Assembly (NCBI GenBank): GCA_016699205.1
Contig: CP064964.1
Coordinates: 930,001-962,000 of the forward strand
DNA: 32,000 bases
Origin: Candidatus Saccharimonadota bacterium
Lineage (GTDB): Bacteria > Patescibacteriota > Patescibacteriia > 2-12-FULL-60-25
Direction: 5' to 3'
In this document: one piece after another, positions 24,522 through 32,000 of the stretch
Position numbering within the stretch: position 1 is the first letter of the stretch
How the letters are laid out: every line of letters starts with the position of its first letter
Program-made: the position numbers and the translations under genes
Notes under the pieces: generated by a model
Seen by the model: the letters and a program-made list of their open reading frames with translations, nothing else
What the model was told of the DNA's origin: nothing
The model's database searches: none

Positions 24522-26849
24522 ATGAACCGATCACAAGCCATCAAGTTCTTCAAAGCTATCTGCTTTTTGGGGATTTACGGGGGATTGCTCCTGCCGCTCG
24601 TCTTTATTCCGGTCGTTATTTTTCCCTTTGTTTTCTCCAAGCTGATTTTCTTTCAGGTGCTTGTCGGTCTGACATTTCCTGCCTATTTGGCATTAGTCTG
24701 GATGGAGCCGAGCTATCGACCGAAGAAGCACGTGCTGTTTTTTGCTATCCTGGCCTACTTTGTTGCAATCGGGTTATCGGTGGTTTTTGCTGTAGATCCG
24801 TATCGTGCTTGGTGGGGAAATCAGGAGCGCATGAACGGTTTGTTTACGTTGCTGCACTTTTTGGCTTGGTTAACGATGACTGTCGGTATCGTTAAAACAT
24901 GGGAACAGTGGAAAACGCTGCTTCATTATCAGGTTGGGCTTTCTGCGATCATGGCTATTGTCGCTATTTTGCAGAAAATGAATCCTAATCTTCTGTTGTT
25001 TCCGGCTGGTCCGCGTGTCGGAGGACTGCTTGATAATCCGATCTACATGGCGGCATATCAGATCTTTAACTTTTTCTTTTTGGCGCTGTTGTTTTGGAAA
25101 AATCCAAATAGAAATTGGCGCGTTGCTTATGGCCTTATTCTGGTCGTGGATATCATCGCGTTTATTCTTGCCCAGTCGCGCGGAGCGTTGATGGGATTGG
25201 CAGCTGGTATTGTGGCATTTGCTTTTTATACGGCGTTGTTTACAACGAATAAAAAGCTTCGTTATGGCGTGTTTGGATTGTTGCTCGCCATGTTTGCAGG
25301 ATATGGAGCGCTTTATCTTGCAAAGGATACTACGGTGGTACGAGAGTCGCCTCTGCATCGTTATGTCGATTTTCAAGGCGCGGTACGTACGCGTTTAATT
25401 GCGTGGGATATCGCTTGGCAGGGATTTGTCGAGCGTCCGCTTACTGGTTGGGGATTTGATAATTTTCACGTTCTTTTCAATCTTAAGTACAATCCGATTT
25501 CGTTGCGTTTCGGATCTTACGAAACTTGGTTTGATCGCGCGCATAACACAGTGATGGACGTGCTTTCAATGACTGGTATCTTTGGCTTTGTCACGTTCTT
25601 TGGAATCTACGGCGCTATTTTTTACAGTACTTGGCGCGCTTTCCGTAAAAAGTGGATTGATCTGCCGATTGCCGCGATTTTGTTTTCACTTCCTGTTGCT
25701 TACTTTGTCCAGAACTTGTTCGTGTTTGATCATCCGGCAGGATTCTCGATGAGTTATTTGTTGTTTGCGCTGATCATCGCCGCAACGAAAGGCGGGTTTA
25801 TCGGGGAGAAAGAGGCGATGGCTGAGAAGCATAAGGAAACGGGGATCATGCAAGCGCCATGGACGGCATTTGTCGTATTAATGGTCGTCATGGGTCTCCT
25901 TGTTCTTAGAACGTCTGTGAATCCATTTCAGGTTTCAAGAAAGGCATTGCAAGCGAATGCGATTTTTAGTGCTAATCCACAGATGTCGTATCAGATTGCA
26001 TTGGAGGCATCTAAAACATGGACGCCTTACTTGGATGAGCAATCATTTTTGCTTTCGCGTAATATGATCTCTTTGCTTGGATCTGGTGCAGCGGCGCGAA
26101 CGCCGAATTGGAAAGAGATGTATGAATTAGCCAAGACCCTCTCACTTGAAGAGATCGCGCGTCATCCTCGCAATACGCATCCGCGATTTATCTTTGCGCG
26201 TCTCGCTCAGGAGGTTATGGGACTCATTCCTGCAGAAGCTCCTGTCTCTGAAAGGATGTATCAAGAGGCGATTGCAACCAGTCCAAAGCGCCAGCAACTG
26301 CATTATGGTTTGGCTCGTTTGTATCTTATGACTGGCAATCTTGAGCCTGCGCTGAACGTGTTCCGAAATGTCATTAGCTTTGATACGGAATTTGGAGAAG
26401 GTTATTGGAATCTGGGTATTACTCTCATGTATGACAAGCGCGAGCTTGAGGCGGGTGCGGAGAATGTACAAAAGGCTTTGTCGGCACTTTATCCTTATCG
26501 CTTACAGAGTCCGCGCGAGCTGGTTGTTGTCGCTGACTCGCTCATGATTCGACAAGACGACGAAGGGATGAAAACTTTTATATCAAAACTTGGTACGGAT
26601 TATCCGCTAGGAACCGCCGATGTGTATGCTCAGCTTGTTTATAAGCTGCAGGTTGTAAAGAAGGATGAGTTGGCTCAAGCGATGCTCGCTGCGACGAGCG
26701 CCTTGGATCCAGCTACGCCTAAAGCGCTTCAGGCGCTGATCAATCAGGCGAATGGTCAAACAACCCCGACTCCTGCTCCAGCCCCGACTTCCGCGGCAAC
26801 CGGAACCGCTCCGATTGCAACGGCTACGTATAACGGATTGCGACGTTAA
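24522..26849 (+). CDS. O-antigen ligase/Wzy_C-family polytopic membrane protein fused to a C-terminal TPR-like domain and Pro/Thr-rich tail
   Basis: ATG 24522; the track start at 24483 lies inside the terminator. About 12 hydrophobic helices. ILAQSRGALMGLAAGIVAF and RLIAWDIAWQGFVERPLTGWGFDNF are typical of Wzy_C/O-antigen ligase proteins. The C-terminal part has TPR-like helical repeats (YGLARLYLMTGNLEPALNVFRNVISFD.EFGEGYWNLGITL) and the tail TTPTPAPAPTSAATGTAP. Confidence 0.85.
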   Translation: MNRSQAIKFFKAICFLGIYGGLLLPLVFIPVVIFPFVFSKLIFFQVLVGLTFPAYLALVWMEPSYRPKKHVLFFAILAYFVAIGLSVVFAVDPYRAWWGNQERMNGLFTLLHFLAWLTMTVGIVKTWEQWKTLLHYQVGLSAIMAIVAILQKMNPNLLLFPAGPRVGGLLDNPIYMAAYQIFNFFFLALLFWKNPNRNWRVAYGLILVVDIIAFILAQSRGALMGLAAGIVAFAFYTALFTTNKKLRYGVFGLLLAMFAGYGALYLAKDTTVVRESPLHRYVDFQGAVRTRLIAWDIAWQGFVERPLTGWGFDNFHVLFNLKYNPISLRFGSYETWFDRAHNTVMDVLSMTGIFGFVTFFGIYGAIFYSTWRAFRKKWIDLPIAAILFSLPVAYFVQNLFVFDHPAGFSMSYLLFALIIAATKGGFIGEKEAMAEKHKETGIMQAPWTAFVVLMVVMGLLVLRTSVNPFQVSRKALQANAIFSANPQMSYQIALEASKTWTPYLDEQSFLLSRNMISLLGSGAAARTPNWKEMYELAKTLSLEEIARHPRNTHPRFIFARLAQEVMGLIPAEAPVSERMYQEAIATSPKRQQLHYGLARLYLMTGNLEPALNVFRNVISFDTEFGEGYWNLGITLMYDKRELEAGAENVQKALSALYPYRLQSPRELVVVADSLMIRQDDEGMKTFISKLGTDYPLGTADVYAQLVYKLQVVKKDELAQAMLAATSALDPATPKALQALINQANGQTTPTPAPAPTSAATGTAPIATATYNGLRR

Positions 26850-27982
26850 TCGAGGAGAGCTGAAGCGTTGCCTGACAGCGTTTTCTCAAGCGGGAAGCGG
26901 TTTTGTACCGCTTCCTTTGCGTTTTGGCCGAGTTGAATGCGTTTTGATTCGTTGTTGGCTAACTCGAGAATGGCTCGGGTGAGCGCTTGTGTATCGGAAG
27001 GTGGAACGATGATTCCGTCGGCATCGCCGAGCATCCATTTTGCGGCGCCGACATCGGTGGCGACGCAGGGGAGCGAGGCCGCCATCGCTTCAAGAAGAGC
27101 AAAGGCCATGCCTTCTTTGGTTGAGGGAAGTGTAAAGACGTCGAAGGCACGGAGCAGAGACGATGCGTTGTTTAGTTCACCTGCAAGCGTGATTGATTCC
27201 GTAAGATTGAGATCGGTGATTTTTTGCTCGATGCGTTTGCGTTCCGGACCATCGCCAATCAAGACAAAGTGAGGAGAAGGATTTTGGTCGATGACATTAC
27301 GGATCGTGTCGATGTAGGCCGGAATATTTTTTGGAGCGTAAAAGTTAGATACACTGCCGATGACAATACTATCTTGTTTCAAGCCGAGTTTGGCCCGTGC
27401 TTCATTTTTGGAGAGCAGGTTGGATTCAAATCGAACAAAATCAATTCCATTAGGAATCGTGATGACTTTGCTTTTTGGTTTGATGGAATGTTTTGCGGCC
27501 TCGATTTCATCGGAAGGATTTACGCAGATGATCGTGTCCTTGAAGTGGGCGGTGAAACGTTCTGCGTAGATATAGATTTGGCGTTTCCAGCTCGGCAAGT
27601 TTTCCAGGAAAACCCAGCCGCCGATGCGATAGACGACCCGATCGACTTTTGCGATGTTACTCGCGATGGATCCGAGTACGCCCATTTTTGTGCTATTCAA
27701 ATGCACAACCTCAAAATGATGTTGGCGGAAAAGTTGATTGAGCTCGCGAATCGCAAGAATATCTTGAATCGGATGAATGTCGCGGCGCATGTGGTTGAGC
27801 CGTATGAAGCGGATTCCATGGGATTTTGCTTGTTCTGCAAGCCAGTTGCCTGTGCCTGCGAGGATCGTCACATCATGACCCATTTCTTTAAGGTATTGGG
27901 CGAATTCAAGCAAAAAAACCTGGACACCTCCGATCTCAGCGAGGGTCACGGCCAAGGCGATGCGTTTTTTTGCCTCATTCAT
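26846..27982 (-). CDS. Glycosyltransferase family 4
   Basis: KRIALAVTLAEIGGVQVF N-terminal strand plus EX7E region KEGMAFALLEAMAASLPCVATDVGAAKW. I prefer ATG 27982 (MNEAKKRIALAV) because TATCGT lies 6 nt upstream; the alternative start is 28021. The stop overlaps the convergent gene (TTAA). Confidence 0.85.
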   Translation of the reverse strand: MNEAKKRIALAVTLAEIGGVQVFLLEFAQYLKEMGHDVTILAGTGNWLAEQAKSHGIRFIRLNHMRRDIHPIQDILAIRELNQLFRQHHFEVVHLNSTKMGVLGSIASNIAKVDRVVYRIGGWVFLENLPSWKRQIYIYAERFTAHFKDTIICVNPSDEIEAAKHSIKPKSKVITIPNGIDFVRFESNLLSKNEARAKLGLKQDSIVIGSVSNFYAPKNIPAYIDTIRNVIDQNPSPHFVLIGDGPERKRIEQKITDLNLTESITLAGELNNASSLLRAFDVFTLPSTKEGMAFALLEAMAASLPCVATDVGAAKWMLGDADGIIVPPSDTQALTRAILELANNESKRIQLGQNAKEAVQNRFPLEKTLSGNASALLD

Positions 27983-27988
27983 GGCATT

Positions 27989-27994
27989 ACGATA
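27989..27994 (-). promoter_or_regulatory. -10 box TATCGT, 6 nt upstream of ATG 27982
   Basis: Minus strand reads cc TATCGT aatgcc ATG. Confidence 0.3.
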
Positions 27995-28035
27995 GGCTGG
28001 AGTCTGGTAAATCGTCAACATTTTTTGGCTAAGCT

Positions 28036-29811
28036 ATGTGTGGAATTGCCGGATTAATCGCTAAGAATGGACGGTCCTTGGATCAGGGCCGCTTGGTTGC
28101 GATGGCCGGTAAAATCGCACATCGAGGTCCGGATGGTGATGGGATGTGGGTTGAGGGTCAGGCTGGGCTCGCGCATCGCCGTTTGGCATTGGTCGATCTG
28201 TCACCGAGCGGAGCGCAGCCGATGATCTCTGACGACGGAAGATATGTCATCACGTTTAACGGAGAAATATATAATTATAAAGAGTTACGTGAAGAGTATT
28301 TGGCAAAAGGTGGAATGCTTCGTTCAACGAGCGATACGGAAATTTTACTGACCTTGTTTGCGCAGGAAGGCGAGGCGATGCTTGCCAAGCTGCGCGGGAT
28401 GTTTGCGTTTGCGATTTGGGATAAGCAGGAATCGTGTCTCTTTTTTGCGAGAGATCGTATCGGAAAGAAGCCGTTTTTTTATCGACACAATGAAGATGAA
28501 TTTGCATTTGCATCGGAAGTTAAATCGTTGATCGATGCTGAGGCGCGGATTGATGAGCAGGCGGTCCGATTGTTTTTGGGTTTGCAGTATGTTCCAAGTC
28601 CATTAACTGGCTTCAAGAATATTTTTTCTCTTGAGCCTGGAATGTGCGGTACCTGGAAAGATGGTGTTCTTGCGACGCGTTCTTATATTGAGCCAGTTAC
28701 CAGGTCGGACGTTTCTTTTGATGATGCTGTGCATGAGGTGCGGCGCATTCTGGATGAGAGCGTGCGTTTGCGTTTGATCGCCGATGTTCCGGTTGGTATT
28801 TTTCTTTCCGGCGGAATTGACTCTTCGTCGATTGCAGCGCTTGCGCATAAACAGGGCGTGAAACTTTCCTCTTTTACACTTGGTTTTGATGAGGCGGCTT
28901 TTGATGAGCGTGATCAGGCAGCGGAACTCGCCAAGGAATTTGGATTTGAACATCATTCTTTTTTGGCAAAGCCGGAAGACTTGCTAGCGATCGCTGATGA
29001 AGTGATCGAGCATTATGATGTGCCGTATGCCGATTCTTCATCGCTGAATACGTGGATTTTGGCTAGGGAAACCAAGAAGCATGTGAAAGCTGCTCTTACT
29101 GGAGACGGTGGTGATGAGCTGTTTGGCGGGTATCGACGTTATCGATATTTTGAACAGGCGTTAGGATTTAAACAGATGGGGGTTGGACCGATCGCTGGCC
29201 AGATGTCACGAGTAGTGGGACAGGTAATGGGAGATCCAAAGTTCCAGCGTTTTGCTGACACGATCGATGGAGGATATGCGTCACTATTTTGCGGGGCTTA
29301 TTTTCAGCAGCCGGAAGCGCTCGCGTTTATCGATAGTCACTTGAAAAAAGATTTGGATCCGATTGGCGCGGCAATGGATTTTGATTTGCATTCATATCTG
29401 TCCGATGATTTGAATGTGAAGATGGACCGCGCGTCCATGCGCCATGGACTTGAAGCTCGATGTCCTTTACTTGATCAAGAGCTTGTTTCTTATGTGACGA
29501 GTTTGCCGACCGAGTATCGATACAAGAAGGGCCAGACAAAGCGGCTACTTGTCGAGGCTGTGAAAGATTTATTGCCTATCGAGATCGGTAAGCGAGCAAA
29601 GCGCGGTTTTCAGGTACCGCTAGCTATATGGTTCCGTGGTGCTTTGCGAAACGCTTTTGTAGAGCGTTGCGTGAATTCGACGAAGCTTCATACTTATGTC
29701 GCGAAAGAACGTGTCGAGAAGCTTTTGAGCGAGAATGACCGCGGAAGCGATCATGGAAATCGTTTGTGGATGCTTTACTCGCTTGCGACCTGGTTAGAAA
29801 AATATGGATAA
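28036..29811 (+). CDS. Asparagine synthase (glutamine-hydrolysing) family amidotransferase
   Basis: N-terminal nucleophile MCGIAG, PP-loop SGGIDSS and LTGDGGDELFGGY. 591 aa. Its position in a glycan cluster suggests sugar or peptide amidation rather than Asn biosynthesis (inference). Confidence 0.92.
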   Translation: MCGIAGLIAKNGRSLDQGRLVAMAGKIAHRGPDGDGMWVEGQAGLAHRRLALVDLSPSGAQPMISDDGRYVITFNGEIYNYKELREEYLAKGGMLRSTSDTEILLTLFAQEGEAMLAKLRGMFAFAIWDKQESCLFFARDRIGKKPFFYRHNEDEFAFASEVKSLIDAEARIDEQAVRLFLGLQYVPSPLTGFKNIFSLEPGMCGTWKDGVLATRSYIEPVTRSDVSFDDAVHEVRRILDESVRLRLIADVPVGIFLSGGIDSSSIAALAHKQGVKLSSFTLGFDEAAFDERDQAAELAKEFGFEHHSFLAKPEDLLAIADEVIEHYDVPYADSSSLNTWILARETKKHVKAALTGDGGDELFGGYRRYRYFEQALGFKQMGVGPIAGQMSRVVGQVMGDPKFQRFADTIDGGYASLFCGAYFQQPEALAFIDSHLKKDLDPIGAAMDFDLHSYLSDDLNVKMDRASMRHGLEARCPLLDQELVSYVTSLPTEYRYKKGQTKRLLVEAVKDLLPIEIGKRAKRGFQVPLAIWFRGALRNAFVERCVNSTKLHTYVAKERVEKLLSENDRGSDHGNRLWMLYSLATWLEKYG

Positions 29812-30934
29812 ACGTATTTTGATTTTTTCCACAGCGTTTTATCCGGTTGTCGGAGGAGCGGAAGTGGCTTTGAAAGAATTGACGGATCGCATGCCCGGTT
29901 CGATTTATTTTGATTTGGTGTGTGCGCGCTTGAAAAAAGGATTGCCGGATACAGAGCGGATGGGAAATGTTGAAGTGCATCGTGTTGGATTTGGATATTC
30001 TTTTGATAAATATCTGCTGCCTTTCATCGGTGTTGCGCGAGCGATGAAGCTTGTGCCAAAAGGCACGCCGGTTTGGTCGATGATGGCGAGTTATGCCGGA
30101 TTTGCGAGTTTGTTTTATTGCTGGATGCGCCCATCGACGAAGTTATTGCTTACGCTTCAGGAGGGCGATCCGTTGGAGAAGTATGCCAAGCGCTTGGGTC
30201 CTTTGGGTTTTTTACAGGGCTTTTTATTCCGTCGAGCTGATCGCGTACAAGCCATTAGCCGATTTCTTGGGGAATGGGCCGTGAAGAATGGTTTTCGTGG
30301 ATCTGTCGATGTTATTCCAAACGGTGTTGATATTGAGAGTTTTTCCAAATCTATCGATGCATCGCGCCGCAAACATCTCCGTGAGATGTTTGGTTTTGGC
30401 GATGACGATATTGTTTTGGTGACGGCATCGCGCTTGTCTTTAAAGAATGCGGTAGATGATGTTGTGCGTGCTATGCCTGTGCTACCGGCTCGATGTAAGT
30501 TTCTTGTTATCGGTGTTGGGGAAGATGACGGGATGTTGCATTCGCTTGTGGATGAGCTGGGTGTAAAAGATCGTGTTGTTTTTGCCGGCTATCGTACGCA
30601 TGCAGAATTGCCAGAGCTGCTGCGCGCTTCAGAAATTTTTATCCGACCTTCTTTATCTGAGGGATTGGGTAATTCATTTTTGGAGGCGATGGCAGCGGAG
30701 ATTCCGATTATCGGTACGCAAGTTGGCGGGATTCCTGACTTTTTGATCGATGGAGAGACGGGTGTGTTTTGTGAGCCGAGAAATCCGGAATCGATTGTGA
30801 AAGCGGTCGATCGCTTACTCGTAGAACCGGGGCTAAGAGAGCGTGTTGTTACCAATGGTGCAAAGCTTGTGCGCGAGGGTTATGATTGGGCATCGATCAG
30901 CGTAAGAATGCAGAAGCTTTTGGAGACTCTATGA
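29804..30934 (+). CDS. Glycosyltransferase family 4
   Basis: RILIFSTAFYPVVGGAEV N-terminus and SEGLGNSFLEAMAAEIPIIGTQVGGIPDF EX7E region. The start overlaps the asnB-like stop (ATGGATAA). Confidence 0.9.
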   Translation: MDKRILIFSTAFYPVVGGAEVALKELTDRMPGSIYFDLVCARLKKGLPDTERMGNVEVHRVGFGYSFDKYLLPFIGVARAMKLVPKGTPVWSMMASYAGFASLFYCWMRPSTKLLLTLQEGDPLEKYAKRLGPLGFLQGFLFRRADRVQAISRFLGEWAVKNGFRGSVDVIPNGVDIESFSKSIDASRRKHLREMFGFGDDDIVLVTASRLSLKNAVDDVVRAMPVLPARCKFLVIGVGEDDGMLHSLVDELGVKDRVVFAGYRTHAELPELLRASEIFIRPSLSEGLGNSFLEAMAAEIPIIGTQVGGIPDFLIDGETGVFCEPRNPESIVKAVDRLLVEPGLRERVVTNGAKLVREGYDWASISVRMQKLLETL

Positions 30935-31636
30935 CGATTTATACTTCCGGGAATGCTGCAAAACAGTGGATTTTAACCGAACTGCATACGCGATTTGGTG
31001 AAGCGGCTTTTAAGATTTTGGATCTCGGCTGCGGTGCAGCTGGATCATGGAAGACTTTTTTAGAGATGCATCCGCAAGCGGCGTATTTTGGATTTGATTA
31101 TGACCGAGCCGCTGTGGAAAAGGGGCGGCGTGATTTTTCTGGAATAACGAATGCTGTTTTGAAGGTGGGGGATGCGCAGACATTGTCAACGGGTGAGGCG
31201 TTTGATGTTGTGACCGCGTTTAGTGCTATCGAACATGTGGTTGATAAAGAAGCGTTTTTAAAAACGGTTTTTTCTGCATTAAAATCCGGTGGTGTGGCGT
31301 ATTTGAATTATGACGATGGGGCATTTCCGATCGACGGATATCAAGGAGCGCATCATGGTTCCGGTGAGCCAGTTATTGGCGATGATTGGTATTCAGGGTC
31401 CGTATATGAAGCATGTTGTTGATACGGAATTTTCTAAGCAGGCGGAGCAAGCGGGATTTAAGGTCATCGCTCTTCGCAAGCACAATCTCTATCCTATTAA
31501 AGGGTTTATGCGTGGAGCGTCTGAGGAGGCTGTTAAAGCCTGGTATGAATTTGAAGAGAGATTGAACGAGCTCTATACGCCTGAGCAGTTGGATAAGGTT
31601 AAATGGTCTACGACACTGGTTATAGAAAAGCCATGA
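30931..31636 (+). pseudogene. Class I SAM-dependent methyltransferase interrupted by a +1 frameshift at the G4 run 31318-31321
   Basis: Motif I ILDLGCGAAGSW and LKSGGVAYLNYDDG appear in frame 1. The natural continuation HFRSTDIKERIMVPVSQLLAMIGIQGPYMKHV...FKVIALRKHN is in frame 2 (ORF 31310..31636). Removing one G restores a 234-aa ORF. The start overlaps the GT4 stop (ATGA). Confidence 0.65.
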
Positions 31637-32000
31637 GAATTTTAATTGCCTCGGGTATTTACCCGCCAGAAGGAGGAGGGCCTTCCATTTATAGCCATGC
31701 GATGGCCCGTGCTTTGATTTCCATGGGCCACAGCGTTTCTGTTGTTGCTTACGGAGAAGAAGCGAGCTCAACGTCCGATGGTTGGCGCGTTGAGCGTGTT
31801 TCTCGTCGTGGCGGACCGATGGTCCGTTACTTCCGTTTCTTTGTTCGTGCATGGAAAGCGATGAAGTCTGCGGATGTTGTTTACTTGCAGGGCGCGGTAT
31901 CGGAAGGATTGCCGACGACGATTGCGGCGGGATTGCGTCGTATCCCGACGGTGTATCGCATTCCCGGAGATTACGCCTGGGAGATGTCGCAGCAGCGCGG
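31633..32000 (+). CDS. Glycosyltransferase family 4, N-terminal part (runs off the window)
   Basis: Not in the ORF track because no stop is reached. My translation is MRILIASGIYPPEGGGPSIYSHAMARALISMGHSVSVVAYGEE..., with no stop through 32000. ATG 31633 overlaps the preceding stop (ATGA). Confidence 0.75.
   Translation, partial: MRILIASGIYPPEGGGPSIYSHAMARALISMGHSVSVVAYGEEASSTSDGWRVERVSRRGGPMVRYFRFFVRAWKAMKSADVVYLQGAVSEGLPTTIAAGLRRIPTVYRIPGDYAWEMSQQR

Noticed and set aside
28022-28035. An apparent 14-nt divergent intergenic region between the GT4 (-) and asnB-like (+) genes, implying promoters buried in coding sequence.
   Set aside because: It largely disappears if the GT4 gene starts at ATG 27982 (MNEAKKRIALAV...). 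That start fits the GT4 N-terminal strand and has a TATCGT box 6 nt upstream. The spacer is then 53 nt.
1-32000. Alternative genetic code (UGA recoding, as in some CPR lineages).
   Set aside because: TGA terminates murC, the GT4 gene at 30934 and the methyltransferase at 31636 at positions consistent with family lengths. Long conserved genes (secA, glyA, murB) contain no in-frame TGA. This is the standard bacterial code.
1-32000. Mobile elements, prophage, CRISPR arrays, and toxin-antitoxin or known defence systems.
   Set aside because: I found no transposase, integrase or recombinase ORF, no terminal inverted or direct repeats, and no spaced repeat array. The excisionase-type HTH at 18071..18373 stands alone without an integrase. 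YraN is a conserved housekeeping-type family.

Overview
A compact, gene-dense bacterial chromosome segment using the standard genetic code (TGA is a stop for murC, a GT4 gene and a methyltransferase; no in-frame TGA in secA or glyA). I found no rRNA, tRNA, CRISPR array, transposase or integrase. The first ~18 kb is mostly housekeeping: engB, glyA, murC-murB, hpf, secA, an ITPase/Ham1 plus MTH1-like Nudix pair, two SAM methyltransferases, YraN and a GT4 glycosyltransferase. It also holds a 1,059-aa secreted beta-helix protein and a few orphan genes. The accessory part is 18.0-32.0 kb. In order it contains an excisionase-type HTH gene, an ECF sigma factor, a DUF5667-like single-pass membrane protein (putative anti-sigma) and a 249-nt GC-rich structured spacer. 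Next come a codon-optimised 1,293-aa secreted repeat protein (S-layer-like) with a very strong terminator, a Wzy_C (O-antigen ligase/O-oligosaccharyltransferase family)-TPR membrane protein, several GT4 genes, an AsnB-type amidotransferase and a methyltransferase. I read this, by inference, as a candidate surface-layer glycoprotein biogenesis locus. The gene content (DUF5667, giant surface proteins, tight packing) suggests a CPR/Patescibacteria-like organism, also by inference. Other observations: the two giant secreted proteins share a ~125-aa module at opposite termini. Many genes carry a TAnnnT -10 box 6 nt before an ATG with no Shine-Dalgarno, which suggests leaderless mRNAs. Two genes are broken by single-base homopolymer frameshifts, at a T6 run and a G4 run. 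Two convergent gene pairs overlap at their stop codons. All functional calls rest on motifs I recognised by eye; no database search was run.
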